Source: Candidatus Aminicenantes bacterium
Lineage (GTDB): Bacteria > Acidobacteriota > Aminicenantia > Aminicenantales > Aminicenantaceae
Direction: 5' to 3'
Assembly: GCA_030669305.1 (NCBI GenBank)
Contig: DAOVDU010000004.1
Location: forward strand, 1 to 55,115
Length of the DNA stretch: 55,115 bases
This document shows, in pieces, positions 1 to 8,318 of the stretch; the stretch's first letter is position 1, and every line of letters starts with the position of its first letter. The notes beneath the pieces are model-generated. The model saw only the letters and a program-made list of their open reading frames with translations. It searched no databases and was not told the origin of the DNA. Made by a program: the position numbers and the translations under genes.

Positions 1-1
1 G

Positions 2-556
2 GATAGTGATGTTAAAACTTGGCTGGAAACAGATGGTGTGGAATTCTTCAAGTCTATTGGTATGAAAAAGGGACAGGCTGTATTGGACTTTGGTTGTGGA
101 GAAGGTCATTATGCCATACCAGCTGCAAAACTTGTAGGAGAGAAGGGCAAAATATATGCGGTAGATAAAGATGAACAGGCCTTAGATCGATTGGCACAGA
201 TAATAGAGCAAAATAATATAAAAAATATTGAAGTGATAAAAGAAGAATCAAAAACTTCCCTAGAAAATAATTCTGTAGATTTCATTCTATGTTACGATGT
301 TGTCCATTATTTAAAAGACAGAAAGATCATTTATCATGAACTCTATAGAGTTTTGAGACCAGAAGGGATATTTTCTCTTTACCCTATGCATCACAAAAAT
401 GACTATCCTTTGATGGAATTAGCTAATATGAAATTGGAGGATATCATAAAAGAAGTCGAAGAAGCAGGGCTTTATCTGCAAGATAAATTTTTAAAAAGGC
501 TTATTCACGATGATTATTATAATGACGGCTATATACTGAATTTTAGAAAGGATTAA
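2..556 (+). CDS. Class I SAM-dependent methyltransferase (5' end probably cut by the window edge)
   Basis: VLDFGCGEG SAM motif I, YAVD and VDFILCYDV motifs. The frame is open from nt 2 (DSDVKTWLETDG), so the true start probably lies just upstream of the window. Confidence 0.85.
   Translation, partial: DSDVKTWLETDGVEFFKSIGMKKGQAVLDFGCGEGHYAIPAAKLVGEKGKIYAVDKDEQALDRLAQIIEQNNIKNIEVIKEESKTSLENNSVDFILCYDVVHYLKDRKIIYHELYRVLRPEGIFSLYPMHHKNDYPLMELANMKLEDIIKEVEEAGLYLQDKFLKRLIHDDYYNDGYILNFRKD
350..440 (+). repeat. Direct repeat copy 1 (91 bp, inside the methyltransferase gene)
   Basis: 77/91 identical to 5249-5339 by manual alignment, including a 28-nt perfect core GCATCACAAAAATGACTATCCTTTGATG. Confidence 0.9.
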
Positions 557-789
557 TCATGGAAACTTCTAATTGGGATAGCTACATTGAATTTCAATCA
601 TTCCTATCTTTGTGTTCTTATTCTTAGCCGTTTGGCTTCCCTGTTGCTTGAGTGATATAATTTTCCCTCTTTTATTTGTCCCGGCTACAATGGAAAAAAT
701 ACAAAAAGAACCTTCACAGATAAAAAATAAAAATTGTGGATGAATAATAATTAATAGATTTTAGAAATAATAGAGAAGGAGGCTAAAAA

Positions 790-1713
790 ATGCAGAATCG
801 GGATATAATTGTGATTGGTGCAGGACCAGCTGGTCTTACTGCAGGCATCTATCTAGCTTATTATGGCTTTGATACAATAATTTTTGAAGAAAAAATCCCA
901 GGAGGAGAGGCAGCTGAAATCCCTCTCCTTGAGAACTTTCCTGGTTATAGTGAGGGAATTACCGGGAAAGACCTCGTTGATAAAATGGTACAGCAGTGTA
1001 AAAAAGCCGGAGCAGAAATACATCAATTCGAGAAAGTAATTGAATTAAACCTTAAAGACAAAAGGAATGTTGTAAAGACGGAAAAATCTGTCTATACAGC
1101 TGCCTCTGTAATTATCGCTTCAGGAAGACATGCGAGAGTGCTTGGAGTGCCCGGTGAGAGTCAATTCCGAGGTAAAGGCGTAAGTTATTGTGCAGTATGC
1201 GATGGTGCTTTTTTTAAAGAGAAGAAAGTAATTATAGTAGGAGAGAATAGCCGGGCAGCAGAAGTTGCCATATTTCTTTCTGGATTGGCATCTCATGTGA
1301 AACTGGTTTGTGGGAGAGATAAATTATGTGCAGAGAGGATTCTTATAGAAAATCTTGAAAACCAGAAAGTAGAAATTCTGCATGATATGGAACTCAAAGA
1401 AATCAAAGGAGATATTAAAGTAAAGAGTGTCGTTTTAGTTGACAAGGCAACCGGGGACACAAAAGAAATAGATACTGATGGGGTATTTTTTCAGCTAGAA
1501 GGCATTCCTAACAGCCAAATAGCAAGAGAATCTGGGGTAAAAGCCGATAATGATGGCTATATTCTAGTTGACAATAGGGGAAGGACAAACATTGATAGCA
1601 TATATGCAGTTGGCGACATAACCGCCTGTCCAACAAAGGTAGTAATAACAGCAATTTCCCAAGCTACTTCTGCGGCTGTTGATGTAGTAGAGCATATCAA
1701 TAAACATATTTAA
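790..1713 (+). CDS. trxB: Thioredoxin reductase-family flavoprotein with a degenerate NADPH site
   Basis: GAGPAG FAD motif, GKGVSYCAVCDG redox CxxC and AVGD second FAD motif. SD AAGGAGG upstream. Confidence 0.85.
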   Translation: MQNRDIIVIGAGPAGLTAGIYLAYYGFDTIIFEEKIPGGEAAEIPLLENFPGYSEGITGKDLVDKMVQQCKKAGAEIHQFEKVIELNLKDKRNVVKTEKSVYTAASVIIASGRHARVLGVPGESQFRGKGVSYCAVCDGAFFKEKKVIIVGENSRAAEVAIFLSGLASHVKLVCGRDKLCAERILIENLENQKVEILHDMELKEIKGDIKVKSVVLVDKATGDTKEIDTDGVFFQLEGIPNSQIARESGVKADNDGYILVDNRGRTNIDSIYAVGDITACPTKVVITAISQATSAAVDVVEHINKHI

Positions 1714-1759
1714 TGCCGAACATAACTCATCTTTTAATTATGAGATTAACTGAAGGGTA

Positions 1760-3541
1760 ATGAATAGTAAGAAAGAAAAACGAATTGGTATCTTCATCTG
1801 TCATTGTGGTAAGAACATAGCTGGAGGCCTAAATATAGAATCTTTAGTCGAAAGCTCAAGACAAATACAGGGAGTTGTATATGTTATTGATAATAAGTTT
1901 TCCTGTTCTGAAGATGGTCAGGTCGCCATCCAGAAGGCAATTCAAAATCAGAAATTGGACAGAGTAATTATAGCTGCATGTGATCCTGCTTTGCATCTAA
2001 TGACTTTTCAAAGATGCGGTAAAAAAGCTGGAATAGAGCCAGGATTTGTGGATTTAATTGACATCAGAAAATGGACTATGCATGGAAGTCCGCATAGAGT
2101 CGACCCAGAACAAGCATTTGAGAAATCAAAGAAGCTCATTGAGTTAGCTGTAAAAAGGATGCGCTTAAAACGATTAATTCCTTTGGTTGAAGTAAAGGCT
2201 GAGCAATCAGTTTTGGTTATTGGAGGAGGTGTAGCCGGGCTGGAAGCAGGCTTAGATTTAGCGGATAAAGGTTATAGAGTGTATATTGTTGAACGGCTAC
2301 CGACTATTGGGGGGAAAATGGCGTTACTTTACAAGGTTTTTCCAACAAACGATTGTGCCCCCTGCATATTGGCCCCTAAAACAGCATATGCCAATATACA
2401 CCCTAATATAAATTTGTTAACCAACTCAGAAGTAAAGAGTGTAGAGGGTTATATAGGGAACTTTGACATTAAAGTCATTCAGAACCCACGATATATTGAC
2501 GCAAAAATGTGTACTGGCTGTGGAGAATGTATAGAAAAATGTCCTTCTAGAGTGATAGACAATGTATATTCGGCTGGAATGGGAGAGAGAAAAGCCATAT
2601 ATATTCCTTATGATCAGGCTATCCCAAAAAAGGCTATTATTGATGCTGAACACTGTCTTTATCTTAGAAGCGGTGCTTGCAGCTTATGTGAAAAGGTATG
2701 TCCTACTGATGCTATAGATTTTGAGCAACGAACTAGAACAATCAAGCTGAAAGTGGGGGCTATAATTGTTGCCACAGGTTTTGATGAATATAATCCTACA
2801 GAAAAAAGTGAATATGGATACGGACGATATGATAATGTCATTACTCAATTTCAACTAGCAAGGCTTTTAGACATTGATGGTCCAACAAAAGGTAAGCTTT
2901 TGAGACCGAATGACGGTAGGGAGCCAAAAAGTATTGTTATGATCCAATGTGTTGGTTCACGCGACGAAAATACAAATGCTTATTGTTCCAATATTTGCTG
3001 TATGTATGCATTGAAACATGCCCAGATGATCAGAGAGATGGTTTTGCCTGATACTGAAATCTATATTTGTTATATAGATATGCGTACAACGGGTAAAGGC
3101 TTTGAAGAGTATTACAGAAAAACCAGGGAGCTCGGTATCAATTTTATCCGCGGAAGACCCAGCGATATCATAGAAGAGACAGATACAAGAAACCTTATTT
3201 TGAAAGTGGAAGATCCTGATATCGGTAGACTCCTAAAAATAGAAACAGACTTAGTTGTTCTCTCTTGCGCCACGATCCCATCTTCAGGCACAAGACAGCT
3301 CTCGCAGATTCTACAAATAAACTTGGATGAAAATGGCTTTTACAAAGAAGTTCATCCTAAGCTTCGTCCTGTAGAAACAAATGTTCGCGGAATTTATATA
3401 TGCGGCGCCGCACAAGGTCCTAAGGACATTCCGGATTCGATAGTTCAAGCCAGAGCAGCCGCTTCCTTTTTGGATAAAGAGCTAAGGGAAGCTAAAATAA
3501 AGCTTCCCGAATATATAGTAAAAGCAATAAAACTAAATTAA
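1760..3541 (+). CDS. hdrA: Heterodisulfide reductase subunit A family (HdrA-1; no C-terminal ferredoxin domain)
   Basis: CHCG N-terminal domain, GGGVAG, FPTNDCAPC, inserted 2x[4Fe-4S] motifs, QCVGSRD..YCSNICC and GPKDIP. Confidence 0.93.
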   Translation: MNSKKEKRIGIFICHCGKNIAGGLNIESLVESSRQIQGVVYVIDNKFSCSEDGQVAIQKAIQNQKLDRVIIAACDPALHLMTFQRCGKKAGIEPGFVDLIDIRKWTMHGSPHRVDPEQAFEKSKKLIELAVKRMRLKRLIPLVEVKAEQSVLVIGGGVAGLEAGLDLADKGYRVYIVERLPTIGGKMALLYKVFPTNDCAPCILAPKTAYANIHPNINLLTNSEVKSVEGYIGNFDIKVIQNPRYIDAKMCTGCGECIEKCPSRVIDNVYSAGMGERKAIYIPYDQAIPKKAIIDAEHCLYLRSGACSLCEKVCPTDAIDFEQRTRTIKLKVGAIIVATGFDEYNPTEKSEYGYGRYDNVITQFQLARLLDIDGPTKGKLLRPNDGREPKSIVMIQCVGSRDENTNAYCSNICCMYALKHAQMIREMVLPDTEIYICYIDMRTTGKGFEEYYRKTRELGINFIRGRPSDIIEETDTRNLILKVEDPDIGRLLKIETDLVVLSCATIPSSGTRQLSQILQINLDENGFYKEVHPKLRPVETNVRGIYICGAAQGPKDIPDSIVQARAAASFLDKELREAKIKLPEYIVKAIKLN

Positions 3542-3556
3542 GGAGGCTCATAAATC

Positions 3557-3820
3557 ATGGAAGAAGTCTACGTGGAAGAATTTATGTCTCCTGGATGTGT
3601 AGGATGTCCAGCAGTCAAAGCAATGCTTGAAGGATTATCCGTTGAATTCAAAGACAAATTAATAGTTGAGGAAGTGGATATCACTGTGGATACTGCAAGA
3701 GCGACACAATACGGCATAATGTCAGTTCCTGCTTTAGCTATCAATGGTATCCTTAAATTTGTGGGCGTCCCCAGTAAGGAGGAACTAAAGAAAGCGATTT
3801 TGGAGGAGATTGAAGGATAA
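3557..3820 (+). CDS. Small thioredoxin/glutaredoxin-like protein
   Basis: CVGC motif, SVP cis-Pro, FVGVP. SD AAGGAGG upstream. Confidence 0.88.
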   Translation: MEEVYVEEFMSPGCVGCPAVKAMLEGLSVEFKDKLIVEEVDITVDTARATQYGIMSVPALAINGILKFVGVPSKEELKKAILEEIEG

Positions 3821-3827
3821 AAATAAG

Positions 3828-4355
3828 ATGAAGCAGGATAACAGTCAAAGTGAACCTATTCGGATATCAAAGCTTGATCCAAAATTTAAATCAGAAGTTA
3901 TGAAACACAAAGATGCTCAGGGATTAAATGCTTGTTTTGCCTGCGGAACCTGTACTGCTGGATGCCCTGTTCATGAAATATTTCCTGAATATGATCCAAG
4001 AAAGTTGGCTAAAATGGTGAAACTGGGAATGAGAAAAGAAGTACTGAGTATTCCTTATATTTGGTATTGTGTTACCTGCCACAATTGCGAGCAACGCTGC
4101 CCACAGAATGTAAAGTTCTTTAATATATTGAACGTGTTAAAAAATATGGCAGCAAAAGAGGGCTATGCCCCTTCTCCATGGGTTGAACAAACTCAGCAGA
4201 TTATGCAAACAGGCATAGTATTCCCTAAGGATGAAGAATTGGCTAAAAAGAGAGAATCCTTTTTTCTTCCAGTTTTAAAAAGTGACTGTAAAAAGGCCAA
4301 AAAGCTGATCGAGTTAGCAGGCCTTGATAAAATTAAAGCAAAGAAACAAAGTTGA
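3828..4355 (+). CDS. hdrC: Heterodisulfide reductase subunit C
   Basis: CFACGTCTAGCP and WYCVTCHNCEQRCP. ATG at 3828 is preferred over TTG at 3810. Confidence 0.9.
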   Translation: MKQDNSQSEPIRISKLDPKFKSEVMKHKDAQGLNACFACGTCTAGCPVHEIFPEYDPRKLAKMVKLGMRKEVLSIPYIWYCVTCHNCEQRCPQNVKFFNILNVLKNMAAKEGYAPSPWVEQTQQIMQTGIVFPKDEELAKKRESFFLPVLKSDCKKAKKLIELAGLDKIKAKKQS

Positions 4356-5246
4356 ATGAATAGATATGCTTTATTTCTAGGTTGCACTACTCCAACCCAA
4401 GTCATTCAATACGAGCTTTCTTCTAGATGGGTTTGTAAACATTTAGGGATTGAGCTAGTTGATATCGACGATTTCGTCTGCTGTGGAATCAACCAGATCA
4501 ATTTAAGTCAAGAAGCAGGATTGATGTTAGCAGCAATGAATTTAGCTCACGCTGAAGCAAAAGAGTTAGATATTCTCACGCTCTGTGCTGCATGCACTGG
4601 AGCTTTAGCAGAGGCTGTAGAAAGTTTAAAGGATCAGGAAACTAGAGATAGAGTAAATAGGAAATTGCAAACAATAGGCCTAAAATATAACGGAAGAACT
4701 AAAGTGAAACATATTTCAAGAGTTTTATATGAGGATGTGGGGATTGATAGAATAAAAATAAAAATAAAAAGAGATTTATCAAAGTTCCGAGTCGCCCCTC
4801 ATTATGGCTGCCACTATTTAAAGCCAGAATCTGCGTTTGAAGGATTTGATGATCCGGATAACCCGAAGACCCTTCATCAACTTATTTCTGCCACTGGCGC
4901 CTTCCCTGTTCAATATGAGACCCTCAACTTATGCTGTGGAGGGAAGAGCTTTCCGATTTCCAAGGAGCCAGCTTTTTATCTGGTACAAAAAAAGCTTGAT
5001 AACATTATGGGCAAAAAAATAGACTGCATGGTTGTTCAGTGCCAAACTTGTTATCTTATGTATAGCGATCAACAAAAAGTGATAAATGGTAGGTTTAAAA
5101 AACAATATAACGTTCCTGTTCTTCTTTATCCTCAACTTCTTGGTATTGCTTTAGGTGGGGATCCGATAAATGATCTCGGACTTAATTCAAATACAGTCTC
5201 TTTGAATAGTCTTCTTGCTAAAGGAGAAATAAATAAGCAGCTTTAA
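4356..5246 (+). CDS. hdrB: Heterodisulfide reductase subunit B
   Basis: Two CCG domains: LGC...CCG...CAAC and HYGCH...CCG...CQTC. Confidence 0.92.
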   Translation: MNRYALFLGCTTPTQVIQYELSSRWVCKHLGIELVDIDDFVCCGINQINLSQEAGLMLAAMNLAHAEAKELDILTLCAACTGALAEAVESLKDQETRDRVNRKLQTIGLKYNGRTKVKHISRVLYEDVGIDRIKIKIKRDLSKFRVAPHYGCHYLKPESAFEGFDDPDNPKTLHQLISATGAFPVQYETLNLCCGGKSFPISKEPAFYLVQKKLDNIMGKKIDCMVVQCQTCYLMYSDQQKVINGRFKKQYNVPVLLYPQLLGIALGGDPINDLGLNSNTVSLNSLLAKGEINKQL

Positions 5247-5248
5247 AT

Positions 5249-5339
5249 GTTTTGAGCCCAATTGGGATTTTTTCTCTTTATCTTAAGCATCACAAAAATG
5301 ACTATCCTTTGATGCAATTATCTTATATGGAATTAAAGG
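5249..5339 (+). pseudogene. Duplicated internal fragment of the upstream methyltransferase gene (direct repeat copy 2)
   Basis: Translates to PIGIFSLYLKHHKNDYPLMQLSYMELK, compared with PEGIFSLYPMHHKNDYPLMELANMKLE in the intact gene. Starts 2 nt after the hdrB stop. Confidence 0.88.
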
Positions 5340-5404
5340 GAGCAAGCCCGTTCCCAAGTATCAGAGCTTATCACAGAAATGGAGATGTTAATTTTAAAAA
5401 TTTA

Positions 5405-5470
5405 TTGAAAAATAATTTTTTTTATAATATAAGTAAATGTTTATATAATAATATAATTATTTGCTTATTT
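5405..5470 (+). promoter_or_regulatory. Sigma70-like promoter with two tandem palindromic boxes (putative ArsR operator)
   Basis: TTGAAA(5405)-17-TATAAG(5428). Boxes ATATAA-N8-TTATAT at 5427-5446 and ATATAA-N8-TTATTT at 5451-5470. The region is AT-rich, so chance matches are possible. Confidence 0.5.
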
Positions 5471-5474
5471 TTAG

Positions 5475-5747
5475 ATGACATCAAAAACCGACCGTAAAAA
5501 AGCTGTTCAACTCTTTAAAGCCCTCTCTCATTCAACTCGCCTCCTAATTGTACAAAAGCTATTAGAAGGGGAAAAATGCGTGAATGATATCAGAGATCTT
5601 TTTGATGTGAGCCAGCCAAATATCTCTCAACATTTAAACATATTGAAATTTTCTGGAATTGTTGATTTTCTCCAAGAAGGCAATTTGCGTTGTTACTTTT
5701 TAAAAAATCCAGAAAGAATAAAAAAAATAATCCAAGCTATTAAGTGA
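5475..5747 (+). CDS. ArsR/SmtB family transcriptional regulator
   Basis: FKALSHSTRLLI, EKCVND and VSQPNISQHL winged-HTH signature. Confidence 0.92.
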   Translation: MTSKTDRKKAVQLFKALSHSTRLLIVQKLLEGEKCVNDIRDLFDVSQPNISQHLNILKFSGIVDFLQEGNLRCYFLKNPERIKKIIQAIK

Positions 5748-5837
5748 GTGGCAAGAAATCGAAGGACTAAATAGGTTTTTGCAATTAATTTTAATAAGCT
5801 TATTTATGTAAAAAAAAAACTTTTAAGGAGGTTTCAT

Positions 5838-6191
5838 ATGGCAAAAGTAGCAATTACGGTTAATGGCTCAGAACCCGGAAATGTATTTCCAGCTTTCATT
5901 TTAGGCTCTTCTGCAGTCGCATCAGGAGATGAAGTCATTATATTTTGCACTCCCGGCGGTTCTCCGGTTATGGTCAAAGGCATTATCGAAAAAATGGAAG
6001 TTAAAGGCTTGCCAAATCTGCTTGAATTATTCAATGGCCTAAAAGAACTAGGTGGAAAAATTTATGTCTGTGAACTGGCTTTAGACGCGAAAGATCTTAA
6101 AAAAGAAGATTTCAGGGAAGGCATAGAAATCATCGGCGCAACAACATTCATAAACGAAATCAAGGATGCTACTATAACTTTTTCTTTTTAA
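5838..6191 (+). CDS. DsrE/DsrF-like sulfur-relay family protein
   Basis: DEVIIFCT, GGKIYVCELAL (conserved Cys) and IIGATTFI...TFSF DsrE-like ending. SD AAGGAGG. Confidence 0.82.
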   Translation: MAKVAITVNGSEPGNVFPAFILGSSAVASGDEVIIFCTPGGSPVMVKGIIEKMEVKGLPNLLELFNGLKELGGKIYVCELALDAKDLKKEDFREGIEIIGATTFINEIKDATITFSF

Positions 6192-6245
6192 AAGAAATTT
6201 GTCCCATCGATTCTGTTAATTCTTAACCGCAAAGGAGGAGATAAA

Positions 6246-6470
6246 ATGGCATTAAAAACACTTGACACTTTAGGACTTAAGTGCCCCCAACCTATATTAA
6301 AGGTGGCAATTATGGCCCCTCAGATGAACCCAGGGGATATCCTTGAGATTCAGGCTGACTGCGAATCTTTTCCCAAGGATATAAAAGCCTGGGCTGAAAA
6401 GACCGGAAAAACTCTGCTTTTCTGTAACGATGAAGGTGGAGGAAAATTTAAAGCTCAAGTCCAATTTTAA
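6246..6470 (+). CDS. tusA: TusA/SirA sulfur carrier
   Basis: LDTLGLKCPQPIL CPxP motif, 74 aa, SD GGAGG. Confidence 0.9.
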   Translation: MALKTLDTLGLKCPQPILKVAIMAPQMNPGDILEIQADCESFPKDIKAWAEKTGKTLLFCNDEGGGKFKAQVQF

Positions 6471-6559
6471 CAGGAATCATGGTATATTCTTAACTCTCTG
6501 AGAATACATCTTCCTTTCTATCGCAGATAAAATCTAATATATAAAGGAATTGTCAGACT

Positions 6560-6985
6560 ATGAAACAAGATTTTAAACCTAACATAGTAGGCTTCTTATG
6601 TAACTGGTGTTCTTATGCAGGAGCGGATCTTGCTGGGTCAAGCAAACTAGAAATAAAGCCCTACCTATCTGTCATAAGAGTTATGTGTTCCAGTCGGGTC
6701 AATTCGAATCTAGTCTTAAACGCTTTCCTCTGGGGAGCCGATGGGGTTCTAATTGCTGGATGTCATCCTGGTGACTGCCATTATGAAAAAGGAAATTATT
6801 ATGTAAGGAGAAGGTTTGCTTTGCTTAAGAAAATTCTGGAAACATTAGACCTTGAACCAGACCGACTCCAGCTTTCTTGGATATCAGCATCTGAGGGAAA
6901 GCGTTATGCTGAAGTAGTAAATAAATTTGCTGAAGATATCACTCGATTGGGACCTAGCGCTTTTCACACTAATCCTAATATTTAG
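6560..6985 (+). CDS. mvhD: MvhD/FlpD [2Fe-2S] subunit, copy 1
   Basis: FLCNWCSYAGAD, RVMCS, GCHPGDCHY and WISASE motifs. Confidence 0.93.
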   Translation: MKQDFKPNIVGFLCNWCSYAGADLAGSSKLEIKPYLSVIRVMCSSRVNSNLVLNAFLWGADGVLIAGCHPGDCHYEKGNYYVRRRFALLKKILETLDLEPDRLQLSWISASEGKRYAEVVNKFAEDITRLGPSAFHTNPNI

Positions 6986-7001
6986 GCAAAATAGGGGAAA
7001 A

Positions 7002-8276
7002 ATGAAAAACCCAAATGTTTTGGTAATAGGATCCGGCGTTGCTGGAATGGAGGCCAGCCTAATACTAGGCGAGGCAGGACAGAAAGTCTATCTCATTGAA
7101 AAAGAATCACTGATCGGAGGTCAAACTATTAAATTCGAAGAAGTCTATCCCAACATGGAATGCGCGACTTGTATGGTTGCCCCTAAGCAACAAGAAATAC
7201 TTCAGAATGAAAACATTGAGTTGTTCTTGCTCAGTGAAGTCGAACAGGTTAAAGGCTCTGTCGGGGAATTTAAGGTCAAAATCAAGAAAAAAGCTCGCTA
7301 TGTGAGCTTAGTCAATTGCATCGGTTGTGGTGCCTGTTATGAGCCGTGTCCGGTCAGTCTTGAGAACGAATTTGAGGAAGGCCTTTCAAAAAAGAAAGCA
7401 ATAGCCGTTGCCTGTCCGGGTGCTCTCCCCAATGTTCCCGCTATTGACCCTGAAAATTGTCTTCGTCTCAACGGTAAGAAGAAAGAATGTCAGGCATGTA
7501 AAGAAGCCTGCATGTTTGACGCGATCAATTTTTCTGAAAAAGATGAAATTCTTGATCTAGAAGTAGGAGCCATCTTAATCGCAACAGGATTTGGACTGCT
7601 TGATGCCAAGAACTTACCCCAATATGGCTACAGAAAAGCCAAGAATGTCTACACTGCAATGGAGTTTGAAAGACTTTACGCAGCAAATGGTCCCACTGAA
7701 GGAAAGCTTGTTCTTAGAGATGGAGAAACACCAAAATCAATCGCTATAATCCACTGTGTAGGTCGATCTGAGCAAGGATATTGTTCAGGAGTCTGCTGTA
7801 TGTATTCCACGAAATTTTCTCACTTCCTGAAACACAAAATACCTGAGGCTAAAATCTGCGAATTTCATACTGACCTATGTATTCCTGGCAAATCACACCA
7901 GAAATTTTATCAGAAAATACTTAATCAAGGCGTAGATTTTATTCGCTTTGACGATATAAAAGTGGAAGAAAAAAATGGTAAGATGCAGGTCATTTACAAA
8001 AACGGAAATGGCGAAAAAGACAAATTCATTGCTGATATGATTATATTATCTCCTGCTATGATACCAGGAGGAGATACAGAAAGTCTGGCTAAAACTATTG
8101 GAATCAGCTTGGATAAAAAAGGCTTTTTCTCAACACAAAGTGAAAAGCTCTCTCCTGTTGCAACCGCTGTGGATGGTATTTTTGTTGCCGGATGTGCAGA
8201 AGGCCCCAAAGATATTCCAGGCTCCATCGCTCAGGCTGAAGCGGCCGCAGGAAAAATTCTATCCATCCTCCGTTAA
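7002..8276 (+). CDS. hdrA: HdrA-family flavoprotein (HdrA-2; no N-terminal or C-terminal ferredoxin domain)
   Basis: GSGVAG, YPNMECATC, inserted CIGCGAC..CP and CQACKEAC, HCVGR..YCSGVCC, GPKDI. ATG at 7002 follows AGGGGA. Confidence 0.88.
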   Translation: MKNPNVLVIGSGVAGMEASLILGEAGQKVYLIEKESLIGGQTIKFEEVYPNMECATCMVAPKQQEILQNENIELFLLSEVEQVKGSVGEFKVKIKKKARYVSLVNCIGCGACYEPCPVSLENEFEEGLSKKKAIAVACPGALPNVPAIDPENCLRLNGKKKECQACKEACMFDAINFSEKDEILDLEVGAILIATGFGLLDAKNLPQYGYRKAKNVYTAMEFERLYAANGPTEGKLVLRDGETPKSIAIIHCVGRSEQGYCSGVCCMYSTKFSHFLKHKIPEAKICEFHTDLCIPGKSHQKFYQKILNQGVDFIRFDDIKVEEKNGKMQVIYKNGNGEKDKFIADMIILSPAMIPGGDTESLAKTIGISLDKKGFFSTQSEKLSPVATAVDGIFVAGCAEGPKDIPGSIAQAEAAAGKILSILR

Positions 8277-8318
8277 GCTACGATTATTTAATGTTTTTTA
8301 AGTTGAGGATCAAAAAAA

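Noticed and set aside
557-780. Possible degraded small membrane-protein gene
   Set aside because: Only short hydrophobic fragments with stops are present, with no recognisable homology.
5252-5497. 81-aa ORF as a real gene
   Set aside because: It is the duplicated methyltransferase fragment reading on into the AT-rich arsR promoter.
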